Shown piece after piece: positions 46,768 through 61,700 of a DNA stretch of 64,000 nt. The notes under the pieces are model-generated. The model worked only from the letters and a program-made list of their open reading frames with translations, had not been told where the DNA came from and ran no database searches. The first letter of the stretch is position 1, and every line of letters begins with the position of its first letter. This DNA comes from Eledone cirrhosa (taxonomy: Eukaryota): NCBI GenBank assembly GCA_964016885.1, contig OZ024740.1:6076001-6140000 (forward strand), given 5' to 3'. A program made the translations under genes and the position numbers.

Positions 46768-49700
46768 ATTTCACCAAAGAGATTTATACCAAAATATTCA
46801 TAAAACCGGTATATATATGATTTTATAATGTCCTTAGTATGAATTCTTCACCAAAGCGATTTATTCAAAAATATTCATAGAACGGGTATATATATGATTG
46901 TATAGTGTCCTTAGTAGAAATACTTCACCAAAGACATTTATACCAAAATATTCATAGAGATGGTATATATATGATTGTATAGTGTCGTTAGTAGCAATTC
47001 TTCACCAAAGAGATTTATATCAAAATAGTCATAGAACTGGTATATATATGATTGTGTAGTGTCCTTAGTAGAAATACTTCACCAAAGAGATGAATACCAA
47101 AATATTCATAGAAGTGGTATATATATGATTGTATAGTGTCCTTAGTAGAAATTCTTCACCAAAGAGATTCATACCAAAATATTTATAGAACTTGTATATT
47201 TATGATTGTATAGTGTCCTTAGTAGAAATTCTTCACCAAAGAGATTTATACCAAAATATTCATAGAAATGGTATATATATGATTGTATAGTGTCCTTAGT
47301 AGAAACTCTTCACCAAAGATGTTATACCAAAATATTCATAGAACTGGTATATATATGATTGTATATTTTCCTTATTAGAAATACTTCACCAAAGAGATTT
47401 ATACCAAAATATTCATAGAACTGGTATATATATGATTGTATAGTGTCCTTAGTAGAAATTCTTCACCAAAGAGATTCATACCAAAATATTCATAGAACTT
47501 GTATAATTATGATTGTATAGTGTCCTTAGTAGAAATTCTTCACCAAAGAGATTTATACCAAAATATTCATAGAACTGGTATATTTATGATTGTATAGTGT
47601 CCTTAGTAGAAATTCTTCACCAAAGACTTTATACCAAAATGTACATAGAACTGGTATACATATGATTGTATAGTGTCCTTAGTAGAAATATTTCACCAAA
47701 GAGATTTATACCAAAATATTCATAAAACTGGTATATATATGATTCTATAATGTCCTTAGTATGAATTATTCACCAAAGCGATTTATTCAAAAATATTCAT
47801 AGAACGGGTAAATATATGATTGTATAGTGTCCTTAGTAGAAATACTTCACCAAAGACATTTATACCAAAATATTCATAGAGATGGTATATATATGATTGT
47901 ATAGTGTCGTTAGTAGCAATTCTTCACCAAAGAGATTTATATCAAAATAGTCATAGAACTGGTATATATATGATTGTGTAGTGTCCTTAGTAGAAATACT
48001 TCACCAAAGAGATGAATACCAAAATATTCATAGAAGTGGTATATATATGATTGTATAGTGTCCTTAGTAGAAATTCTTCACCAAAGAGATTTATACCAAA
48101 ATATTCATAGAAATGGTATATATATGATTGTATAGTGTCCTTAGTAGAACCTCTTCACCAAAGATGTTATACAAAAATATTCATAGAACTGGTATATATA
48201 TGATTGTATAGTGTCCTTAGTAGAAATTCTTCACCAAAGAGATTCATACCAAAATATTCATAGAACTTGTATAATTATGATTGTATAGTGTCCTTAGTAG
48301 AAATTCTTCACCAAAGAGATTTATACCAAAATATTCATAGAACTGGTATATTTATGATTGTATAGTGTCCTTAGTAGAAATTCTTCACCAAAGACTTTAT
48401 ACCAAAATGTACATAGAACTGGTATACATATGATTGTATAGTGTCCTTAGTAGAAATATTTCACCAAAGAGATTTATACCAAAATATTCATAAAACTGGT
48501 ATATATATGATTCTATAATGTCCTTAGTATGAATTATTCACCAAAGCGATTTATTCAAAAATATTCATAGAACGGGTATATATATGATTGTATAGTGTCC
48601 TTAGTAGAAATACTTCACCAAAGACATTTATACCAAAATATTCATAGAGATGGTATATATATGATTGTATAGTGTCGTTAGTAGCAATTCTTCACCAAAG
48701 AGATTTATATCAAAATAGTCATAGAACTGGTATATATATGATTGTGTAGTGTCCTTAGTAGAAATACTTCACCAAAGAGATGAATACCAAAATATTCATA
48801 GAAGTGGTATATATATGATTGTATAGTGTCCTTAGTAGAAATTCTTCACCAAAGAGATTTATACCAAAATATTCATAGAAATGGTATATATATGATTGTA
48901 TAGTGTCCTTAGTAGAACCTCTTCACCAAAGATGTTATACAAAAATATTCATAGAACTGGTATATATATGATTGTATAGTGTCCTTAGTAGAAATTCTTC
49001 ACCAAAGAGATTCATACCAAAATATTTATAGAACTTGTATATTTATGATTGTATAGTGTCCTTAGTAGAAATTCTTCACCAAAGAGATTTATACCAAAAT
49101 ATTCATAGAACTGGTATATATATAATTGTATAGTGTCCTTAGTAGAAACTCTTCACCAAAGACTTTATACCAAAATATACATAGAACTGGTATACATATG
49201 ATTGTATAGTGTCCTTAGTAGAAATTCTTCACCAATGAGATTGATACGAAAATATTCATAGAACTGGTAAATATATGATTGTATAATGTCTTTAGTAGAA
49301 ATTCTTCACCAAAGAGATTTATACTAAAATATTCTTAGAACTGGTATATATATGATTGTATAGTGTACTTCGTAGAAATTCTTCACCAAAGAGATTTATA
49401 CTAAAATATTCTTAGAACTGGTATATATATGATTGTATAGTGTACTTCGTAGAAATTCTTCACCAAACAGATTTATACCAAAATATTCATAGAACTGGTA
49501 TATAGTTGATTGTATAGTGTCCTTAGTAGAACTTCTTCGCCAAAGAGATTTATAACAAAATATTCATAGAACTGGTATATATATGATTGTATAGTGTCCT
49601 TATTAGAAATACTTCACCAAAGAGATTTATACTAAAATATTCTTAGAACTGGTATATATATGATTGTATAGTGTACTTCGTAGAAATTCTTCACCAAACA

Positions 49701-50666
49701 GATTTATACCAAAATATTCATAGAACTGGTATATAGTTGATTGTATAGTGTCTGTAGTAGAAATTCTTCACCAAAGAGATTTATAACAAAATATTCATAG
49801 AACTGGTATATATATGATTCTATAGTGTCCTTATTAGAAATACTTCACCAAACAGATTTATACCAAAATATTCATAGAACTGGTATATATATGATTGTAT
49901 AGTGTCCTTAGTAGAAATTCTTCATCCAAAGAGATTCATACCAAAATATTCATAGAACTGGTATATATATTATTGTATAGTGTCCTTAGTAGAAATTCTT
50001 CACCAAAGACTTTATACCAAAATATTCATAGAACTGTTATATATATGATTGTATAGTGTCCTTCGTAGAATTTCTTCACCAAAGAGATTTATACAAAAAT
50101 ATTCAGAGAACTGGTTTATATATGATTGTATAGTGTCTTTAGTAGAAATTCTTCTACAAAGAGATTTATACCCAAATATTCATAGAACTGTTATATATAT
50201 GATTGTATAGTGTCCTTAATAGAAATTCTTCACCAAAGAGATTTATACCAAAATATTCATAGAACTGGTATATATATGATTGTATAGAGTCCTTGGTAGA
50301 AATTTTTTCCCAAAGAGATTCATACAAAAATATTCATAGAACTGGTATATATAAGATTGTATAGTGTCCTTAGTAGAAATACTTCACCAAAGAGATTTAT
50401 ACCAAAATATTCATAGAACTGGTATATATATGATTGTATAGTGTCCTTAGTAGAAATTTTTCAACAATGATTTTATACCAGAATATTCATAGAACTGGTA
50501 TATATGTGATTGTATAGTGTCCTTAGTAGAAATTCTTCACCAAAGACTTTATACCAAAATATACATAGAATTGGTATAGATATGATTGTACAGTGTCCTT
50601 ATTAGAAATACTTCACGAAAGAGATTTTTACCAAAATATTCATAGAACTGGTATATATAAGATTGC

Positions 50667-53600
50667 ATAGTGTCCTTAGTAGAAATACTTCACCAAAGAG
50701 ATTTATACCAAAATATTCATAGAACTGGTATATATAAGATTGTATAGTGTCCTTAGTAGAAATTCTTCACCAAAGAGATTTATACCAAAATATTCACAGA
50801 ACTGGTATATATAAGATTGTATAGTGTCCTTAGTATAAATTCTTCACCAAAGAGATTTATACCAATATATTCACAGAACTGGTATATATAAGATTGTATA
50901 GTGTCCTTAGGAGAAATACTTCACCAAAGAGATTTATACCAAAATATTCATAGAACTGGTATATATATGATTGTATAGTGTCCTTAGTAGAAATTCTTCA
51001 CCAAAGAGATTTATACCAAAAAATTCATAGAACTGGTATATATATATGATTGTATAGTGTCCTTAGTAGAAATTCTTCACCAAAGAGATTTATACCAAAA
51101 TATTCTTAGAATTGGTATATATATGATTGTATATTTTCCCTAGAAGAAATTCTTCACCAGAGAGATTCATACCAAAATATTCATAGAACTGGTATATATA
51201 TATGATTGTATAGTGTCCTTATTAGAAATTCTTCTCCAAAGAGATTTATACTAAAATATTCTTAGAACTGGTATATATATGATTTTGTAGTGTCCTTAGT
51301 AGAAATACTTCACCAAAGAGATGAATACCAAACTATTCATAGAAGTGGTATATATATGATTGTATAGTGTCCTTAGTAGAAATTCTTCACCAAAGAGATT
51401 TATACCAAAATATTCATAGAAATGGTATATATATGATTGTATAGTGTCCTTAGTAGAAACTCTTCACCAAAGATGTTATACCAAAATATTCATAGAACTG
51501 GTATATATATGATTGTATATTGTCCTTATTAGAAATACTTCACCAAAGAGATTTATACCAAAATATTCATAGAACTTGTATATATATGATTGTATAGTGT
51601 CCTTAGTAGAAATTCTTCACCAAAGAGATTCATTCCAAAATATTCATAGAACTTGTATATTTATGATTGTATAGTGTCCTTAGTAGAAATTCTTCACCAA
51701 AGAGATTTATACCAAAATATTCATAGAACTGGTATATTTATGATTGTATAGTGTCCTTAGTAGAAATTCTTCACCAAAGACTTTATACCAAAATATACAT
51801 AGAACTGTTATACATATGATTGTATAGTGTCCTTAGTAGAAATACTTCACCATAGAGATTTATACCAAAATATTCATAGAACTGGTATATTTATGATTGT
51901 ATAGTGTCCTTAGTAGAAATTCTTCACCAAAGACTTTATACCAATATATACATAGAACTGGTATACATATGATTGTATAGTGTCCTTAGTAGAAATATTC
52001 CACCAAAGAGATTTATACCAAAATATTCATAAAACTGGTATATATATGATTCTATAGTGTCCTTAGTATGAATTCTTCACCAAAGCGATTTATTCAAAAA
52101 TATTCATAGAAAGGGTATATATATGATTGTATAGTGTCCTTAGTAGAAATACTTCACCAAAGACATTTATACCAAAATATTCATAGAGCTGGTATATATA
52201 TGATTGTATAGTGTCGTTAGTAGCAATTCTTCACCAAAGAGATTTATATCAAAATATTCATAGAACTGGTATATATATGATTGTGTAGTGTCCTTACTAG
52301 AAATACTCCACCAAAGAGATTTGTACCAAAATATTCATAGAACTGGTATATATATGATTGTATATTGTCCTTAGTAGAAATTCTTCACCAAAGATTTTAT
52401 ACGAGAATATTCATAGAACTGGTATATATATGATTGTATAGTGTCCTTAGTAGAAATTCTTCACCAAAGAGATTGATACGAAAATATTCATAGAACTGGT
52501 AAATATATGATTGTATAGTGTCCTTAGTAGAAATTCTTCACCAAAGAGATTCATTCCAAAATATTCATAGAACTTGTATATTTATGATTGTATAGTGTCC
52601 TTAGTAGAAATTCTTCACCAAAGAGATTTATACCAAAATATTCATAGAACTGGTATATTTATGATTGTATAGTGTCCTTAGTAGAAATTCTTCACCAAAG
52701 ACTTTATACCAAAATATACATAGAACTGGTATACATATGATTGTATAGTGTCCTTAGTAGAAATACTTCACCATAGAGATTTATACCAAAATATTCATAG
52801 AACTGGTATATTTATGAATGTATAGTGTCCTTAGTAGAAATTCTTCACCAAAGACTTTATACCAAAATATACATAGAACTGGTATACATATGATTGTATA
52901 GTGTCCTTAGTAGAAATATTTCACCAAAGAGATTTATACCAAAATATTCATAAAACTGGTATATATATGATTCTATAGTGTCCTTAGTATGAATTCTTCA
53001 CCAAAGCGATTTATTCAAAAATATTCATAGAAAGGGTATATATATGATTGTATAGTGTCCTTAGTAGAAATACTTCACCAAAGACATTTATACCAAAATA
53101 TTCATAGAGCTGGTATATATATGATTGTATAGTGTCGTTAGTAGCAATTCTTCACCAAAGAGATTTATATCAAAATATTCATAGAGCTGGTATATATATG
53201 ATTGTATAGTGTCCTTAGTAGAAATACTTCACCAAAGAGATTTATACCAAAATATTCATAGAACTGGTATATATAAGATTGTATAGTGTCCTTAGTAGAA
53301 ATTCTTCACCAAAGAGATTTATACCAAAATATTCACAGAACTGGTATATATAAGATTGTATAGTGTCCTTAGTAGAAATTCTTCACCAAAGAGATTTATA
53401 CCAATATATTCACAGAACTGGTATATATAAGATTGTATAGTGTCCTTAGGAGAAATACTTCACCAAAGAGATTTATACCAAAATATTCATAGAACTGGTA
53501 TATATATGATTGTATAGTGTCCTTAGTAGAAATTCTTCACCAAAGAGATTTATACCAAAAAATTCATAGAACTGGTATATATATATGATTGTATAGTGTC

Positions 53601-55724
53601 CTTAGTAGAAATTCTTCACCAAAGAGATTTATACCAAAATATTCTTAGAATTGGTATATATATGATTGTATATTTTCCCTAGAAGAAATTCTTCACCAGA
53701 GAGATTCATACCAAAATATTCATAGAACTGGTATATATATATGATTGTATAGTGTCCTTATTAGAAATTCTTCTCCAAAGAGATTTATACTAAAATATTC
53801 TTAGAACTGGTATATATATGATTTTGTAGTGTCCTTAGTAGAAATACTTCACCAAAGAGATGAATACCAAACTATTCATAGAAGTGGTATATATATGATT
53901 GTATAGTGTCCTTAGTAGAAATTCTTCACCAAAGAGATTTATACCAAAATATTCATAGAAATGGTATATATATGATTGTATAGTGTCCTTAGTAGAAACT
54001 CTTCACCAAAGATGTTATACCAAAATATTCATAGAACTGGTATATATATGATTGTATATTGTCCTTATTAGAAATACTTCACCAAAGAGATTTATACCAA
54101 AATATTCATAGAACTTGTATATATATGATTGTATAGTGTCCTTAGTAGAAATTCTTCACCAAAGAGATTCATTCCAAAATATTCATAGAACTTGTATATT
54201 TATGATTGTATAGTGTCCTTAGTAGAAATTCTTCACCAAAGAGATTTATACCAAAATATTCATAGAACTGGTATATTTATGATTGTATAGTGTCCTTAGT
54301 AGAAATTCTTCACCAAAGACTTTATACCAAAATATACATAGAACTGTTATACATATGATTGTATAGTGTCCTTAGTAGAAATACTTCACCATAGAGATTT
54401 ATACCAAAATATTCATAGAACTGGTATATTTATGATTGTATAGTGTCCTTAGTAGAAATTCTTCACCAAAGACTTTATACCAATATATACATAGAACTGG
54501 TATACATATGATTGTATAGTGTCCTTAGTAGAAATATTCCACCAAAGAGATTTATACCAAAATATTCATAAAACTGGTATATATATGATTCTATAGTGTC
54601 CTTAGTATGAATTCTTCACCAAAGCGATTTATTCAAAAATATTCATAGAAAGGGTATATATATGATTGTATAGTGTCCTTAGTAGAAATACTTCACCAAA
54701 GACATTTATACCAAAATATTCATAGAGCTGGTATATATATGATTGTATAGTGTCGTTAGTAGCAATTCTTCACCAAAGAGATTTATATCAAAATATTCAT
54801 AGAACTGGTATATATATGATTGTGTAGTGTCCTTACTAGAAATACTCCACCAAAGAGATTTGTACCAAAATATTCATAGAACTGGTATATATATGATTGT
54901 ATATTGTCCTTAGTAGAAATTCTTCACCAAAGATTTTATACGAGAATATTCATAGAACTGGTATATATATGATTGTATAGTGTCCTTAGTAGAAATTCTT
55001 CACCAAAGAGATTGATACGAAAATATTCATAGAACTGGTAAATATATGATTGTATAGTGTCCTTAGTAGAAATTCTTCACCAAAGAGATTCATTCCAAAA
55101 TATTCATAGAACTTGTATATTTATGATTGTATAGTGTCCTTAGTAGAAATTCTTCACCAAAGAGATTTATACCAAAATATTCATAGAACTGGTATATTTA
55201 TGATTGTATAGTGTCCTTAGTAGAAATTCTTCACCAAAGACTTTATACCAAAATATACATAGAACTGGTATACATATGATTGTATAGTGTCCTTAGTAGA
55301 AATACTTCACCATAGAGATTTATACCAAAATATTCATAGAACTGGTATATTTATGAATGTATAGTGTCCTTAGTAGAAATTCTTCACCAAAGACTTTATA
55401 CCAAAATATACATAGAACTGGTATACATATGATTGTATAGTGTCCTTAGTAGAAATATTTCACCAAAGAGATTTATACCAAAATATTCATAAAACTGGTA
55501 TATATATGATTCTATAGTGTCCTTAGTATGAATTCTTCACCAAAGCGATTTATTCAAAAATATTCATAGAAAGGGTATATATATGATTGTATAGTGTCCT
55601 TAGTAGAAATACTTCACCAAAGACATTTATACCAAAATATTCATAGAGCTGGTATATATATGATTGTATAGTGTCGTTAGTAGCAATTCTTCACCAAAGA
55701 GATTTATATCAAAATATTCATAGA
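50667..55724. repeat. 2539-bp (33-monomer) tandem duplication in the 77-bp satellite (50667-53185 matches 53206-55724)
   Basis: Markers ttaggagaaat (50911/53450) and tatgaatg (52816/55355) are both offset by 2539. Confidence 0.88.
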
Positions 55725-58700
55725 ACTGGTATATATATGATTGTGTAGTGTCCTTACTAGAAATACTCCACCAAAGAGATTTGTACCAAAATATTCATAG
55801 AACTGGTATATATATGATTGTATATTGTCCTTAGTAGAAATTCTTCACCAAAGATTTTATACCAGAATATTCATAGAACTGGTATATATATGATCGTATA
55901 GTGTCCTTAGTAGAAATTCTTCACCAAAGAGATTGATACGAAAATATTCATAGAACTGGTAAATATATGATTGTATAGTGTCCTTAGTAGAAATTCTTCA
56001 CCTAAGAGATTTATACTAAAATATTCTTAGAACTGGTATATATATGATTGTATAATGTCCTTAGTAGAAATTCTTCACCAAACAGATTTATACCAAACTA
56101 TTCATAGAACTGGTATATATATATGATTGTATAGTGTTCTTTGTAGAAATTCTTCACCAAAGATTTTATACCAAAATATTCATAGCACTGATATATATAT
56201 GATTGTATAGTGTCCTTAGTAGAAACTCTTCACCAAAGATTTTATACCCAAATATTCATAGAACTGGTATATATGTGATCGTATAGTGTCCTTAGTAGGA
56301 ATTCTTCACCAAAGCGATTTGTGCAAAAATATTCATAGAACGGGTATATATATGATTGTGTAGTGTCCTAAGTAGAAATACACCACCAAAGAGATTTATA
56401 CCAAAATATTCATAGAACTGGTATATATATGATTGTGTAGTGTCCTTAGTAGATATACTCCTCCAAAGCGATTTATTCAAAAATATTCATAGAACGGGTA
56501 TATATATGATTGTATAGTGTCCTTGGAGAAATACTTCACCCTAGAGATTTATACCAACATATTCATAGAACTGGTATATATATATGATTGTATAGTGTCC
56601 TTAGTAGAAATTCTTCACCAAAGAGATTCATACCAAAATATTCATAGAACTGTTATATATATGATTGTATAGTGTCCTTAGTAGAAATTCTTCACCAAAG
56701 AGATTGATATCAAAATATTCATAGAACAGGTTTATTTATGATTGTATAGTGTCCTAAGTAGAAATTCTTCACCAAAGAGACTTATACCAAAATATTCATA
56801 GAATTGGTATATTTATGATTGTATAGTGTCATTAGTAGAAATTCTTCACTAAAGAGATTGATACCAAAATATTCATAGAACATGTATATTTATGATTGCA
56901 TAGTGTCCTTAGTAGAAATACTTCACCAAAGAGATTTATACCAACATATTCATAGAACTGGTATATTTATGATTGTATAGTGTCCTTAGTAGAAATACTT
57001 CACCAAAGAGATTTATACCAAAATATTCATAGAACTGGTATATATATGATTGTATAATGTCCTTAGTAGAAATACTTCACCAAACAGATTTATACCAAAA
57101 TATTCATAGAACTGGTATATATATATGATTGTATAGTGTCCTTAGTAGAAATTCTTAAGCTAAGAATTTATACCAAAATATTCATAGAACTGGTATATAT
57201 ATGATTGTATAGTGTCCATCGTAGAAATTCTTAAGCAAAGAAATTTATACCAAAATATTCATAGAACTGGTATGCATATGATTGTATAGTGTCCTTAGTA
57301 GAAACTCTTCACCAAAGATTTTATACCCAAATATTCATAGAACTGGTATATATATGATTGTATAGTGTCCTTATTAGAAATTCTTCACCAAAGAGATTTA
57401 TACCAAAATATTCACAGAACTGGTATATATATGATTGTATAGTGTCCTTAGTAGAAATTCTTCACCAAAGATTTTATACCAGAATATTCATAGAACTGTT
57501 ATATATATGATTGTATAGTGTCCTTAGTAGAAATTCTACACCAAAGAGATTGATACCAAAATATTCATAGAACAGGTATATTTATGATTGTATAGTGTCC
57601 TTAGTAGAAATTCGTCACCAAAGAGATTTATACCAAAATATTCATAGAACTGGTATATTTATGATTGTATAGTGTCCTTAGCAGAAATTCTTTACTAAAG
57701 AGATTGATACCAAAATATTCATAGAACAGGTATATTTATGATTGTATAGTGTCCTTAGTAGAAATACTTCACCAGAGAGATTTATACCAAAATATTCATA
57801 GAACTGGTATATATATGATTGTATAGTGTCCTTAGTAGAAATTCTTAAGCAAAGAAATTTATACCAAAATATTCATAGAACTGGTATATATATGATTGTA
57901 TAGTGTCAATCGTAGAAATTCTTAAGGAAAAAAATTTATACCAAAATATTCATACAACTGGTATATATATGATTGTATAGTGTTCTTAGTAGCAATTCTT
58001 CACCAAAGAGCTTTATACCAAAATATTAATAGAACCGGTTTATATATGATTGTATAGTGTCCTTAGTAGAAGTTCTTCACCAAAGACTTTATACCAGAAT
58101 ATTCATAGAACTGTTATATATATGATTGTATAGTGTCCTTAGCAGAAATTCTTCACCAAAGAGATTGATACCAAAATATTCATAGAACTGGTATATATAT
58201 GATTGTATAATGTCCTTAGTAGACATTCTTCACCAAACAGATTTATACCAAAATATTCATAAAATTCGTATACATATATCATTGTATAGTGTCCTTAGTA
58301 GAAGTTCTTCACCAAAGACTTTATACCAAAATATTCATAGAATTGTTATATATATGATAGTATAGTGTCCTTCGTAGAAATTCTTCACCCTAGAGATTTA
58401 TACCAAAATATTCATAGAACTGGTATATATATATGATTGTATAGTGTCCTTAGTAGAAATTCTTCACCAAAGAGATTTATACCAAAACATTCATAGAACT
58501 GGTATATTTATGATTGTATAGTGTCCTTAGTAGAAATTCTTCACTAAAGAGATTGATACCAAAATATTCATAGAACATGTATATTTATGATTGCATAGTG
58601 TCCCTAGTAGAAATACTTCACCAACGAGATTTATACCAACATATTCATAGAACTGGTATATTTATGATTGTATAGTGTCCATAGTAGAAATACTTCACGA

Positions 58701-61700
58701 AAGAGATTTATACCAAAATATTCATAGAACTGGTATATATATGATTGCATAATGTCCTTAGTAGAAATACTTCACCAAACAGATTTAAACCAAAATATTC
58801 ATAGAACTGGTATATATATATGATTGTATAGTGTCCTTAGTAGAAATTCTTAAGCAAAGAAATTTATACCAAAATATTCATAGAACTGGTATATATATGA
58901 TTGTATAGTGTCCTTAGTAGAAATTTTTCACCAAAGATTTTATACCAGAATATTCATAGAACTGGTATATATATGATTGTATAGTGTCCTTAGTAGAAAT
59001 TCTTCACCAAAGACTTTATACCAAAATATACATAGAATTGGTATAGATATGATTGTATAGTGTCCTTATTAGAAATACTTCACCAAAGAGATTCCTACCA
59101 AAATATTCATAGAACTTGTAAATATATGATTGTATAGTGTCCTTAGTAGAAATTCTTCACGAAAGAGATTATTAAAATATTCATAGAACTGTTATATATA
59201 TGATTGTATAGTGTCCTTAGTAGAAGTTCTTCACCAAAGATTTTATACCAGAATATTTATAGAACTGTTATATATATGATTGTATAGTGTCCTTAGAAGA
59301 AATTCTTCACCAAAGAGATTGATACCAAAATATTCATAGAACAGGTATATTTATGATTGTATAGTGTCCTTAGTAGAAATTCTTCACCAAAGAGATTTAT
59401 ACCAAAATATTCATAGAACAGGTATATTTGTGATTGCATAGTGTCCTTAGTAGAAATACTTCACGAAAGAGATTCATACCAAAATATTCATAGAACTGGT
59501 ATATATATGATTGTATAGTGTCCTTAGTAGAAATTCTTCACCAAAGACTTTATACCAAAATATACATAGAATTGGTATAGATATGATTGTATAGTGTCCT
59601 TATTAGAAATACTTCACGAAAGAGATTTTTACCAAAATATTCATAGAACTGGTATATATAAGATTGCATAGTGTCCTTAGTAGAAATACTTCACCAAAGA
59701 GATTCATACCAAAATATTCATAGAACTGGTATATATAAGATTGTATAGTGTCCTTAGTAGAAATTCTTCACCAAAGAGATTTATACCAATATATTCACAG
59801 AACTGGTATATATAAGATTGTATAGTGTCCTTAGTAGAAATACTTCACCAAACAGATTTATACCAAAATATTCATAGAACTGGTATATTTATGATTGTAT
59901 AGTGTCCTTAGTAGAAATACGTCACCAAAGAGATTTATACTAAAATATTCATAGAACTGTTATATATATGATTGTGTAGTGTCCTTCGTAGAAATTCTTC
60001 ACCAAACAGATTTATATCAAAATATTCATAGAACTGTTATATATATGATTGTATAGTGTCCTTTGTAGAAATTCTTCTCCAAAGAGATTTATACTAAAAT
60101 ATTCTTAGAACTGGTGTATATATGATTGTGTAGTGTCCTTAGTAGAAATACTTTACCAAAGAGATGTATACCAAAATATTCATAGAAGTGGTATATATAT
60201 GATTGTATAGTTTTCTTAGTAGAAACTCTTCACCAAAGATTTTATACCAAAATATTCATAGAACTGGTATATATATGATCGTATAGTGTCCTTATTAGAA
60301 ATACTTCATCAAAGAGATTTATATTAAAATATTCATAGAACTGGTATATATATGATTGTATAGTGTCCTTAGTAGAAATTCTACACCAATGAGATTCATA
60401 CCAAAATATTCATAGAACTTGTATATTCATGATTGTATAGTGTCCTGAGTAGAACTTCTTCACCAAAGAGATTTATACCAAAATATTCATAGAACTGGTA
60501 TATTTATGATTGTATAGTGTCCTTAGTAGAAATACTTCACCAAAGAGATTTATACCAAAATATTCATAGAAGTGGTATATATATGATTGTATAATGTCCT
60601 TATTAGAAATACGTCACCAAAGTGATTTATACCAAAATATTCATAGAACTGGTATATATATGATTATATAATGTCCTTAGTAGAAATTCTTCACCAAACA
60701 GATTTATACAAAAATATTCATAGTACTGGTATATATATGATTGTATAGTGTCACTAGTAGAAATTCTTCACCAAAGAGATTTATACCAAAATATTTATAC
60801 AACTGGTATATATATGATTCTATAGTGTCCTTTGTATGAATTCTTCACCAAAGCGATTTATTCAAAAATATCCATAGAACTGGTATATACATGATTGTAT
60901 AGTGTCCTTTGTAGAAATTCTTCACCAAAGAGAGTGATACCAAAATATTCATAGAACAGGTATATTTATGATTGTATAGTGTCCTTAGTAGAAATTCTTC
61001 ACTAAAGAGATTGATACCAAAATATTCATAGAACAGGTATATTTATGATTGTATAGTGTCCTTAGTAGAAATTCTTAAGCAAAGAAATTTATACCGAAAT
61101 ATTTATAGAACTGGTATATATATGATTGTATAGTGTCCATCGTAGAAATTCTTAAGCAAAGAAATTTATACCAAAATATTCATAGAACTGGTATATATAT
61201 GATTGTATAGAGTTCTTAGTAGAAATTTTACACCAAAGAGATTTATACCAAAATATTAATAGAATCGCTTTATATATGATTGTATAGTGTCCTTATTAGA
61301 AATACATCACCAAAGAGATTTATACCAAAATATTCACAGAACTGGTATATATATGATTGTATAGTGTCCTTAGTAGAAATTCTTCACCAAAGAGATTCAT
61401 ACCAAAATATTCATAGAACTGGTATATATATGATTGTATAGTGTACTTAGTAGAAGTTCTTCACCAAAGATTTAATACCAGAATATTCATAGAACTGTTA
61501 TATATATGATTGTATAGTGTCCTTAGTAGAAATTCTTAAGCAAAGAAATTTATACCAAAATATTTATAGAACTGGTATATATATGATTGTATAGTGTCCA
61601 TCGTAGAAATTCTTAAGCAAAGAAATTTATACCAAAATATTCATAGAACTAGTATATATATGATTGTATAGTGTCCTTAGTAGAAGTTCTTCACCAAACA

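Noticed and set aside
56292-56480. 62-aa minus-strand ORF
   Set aside because: It is a chance stop-free stretch in diverged 77-bp monomers.
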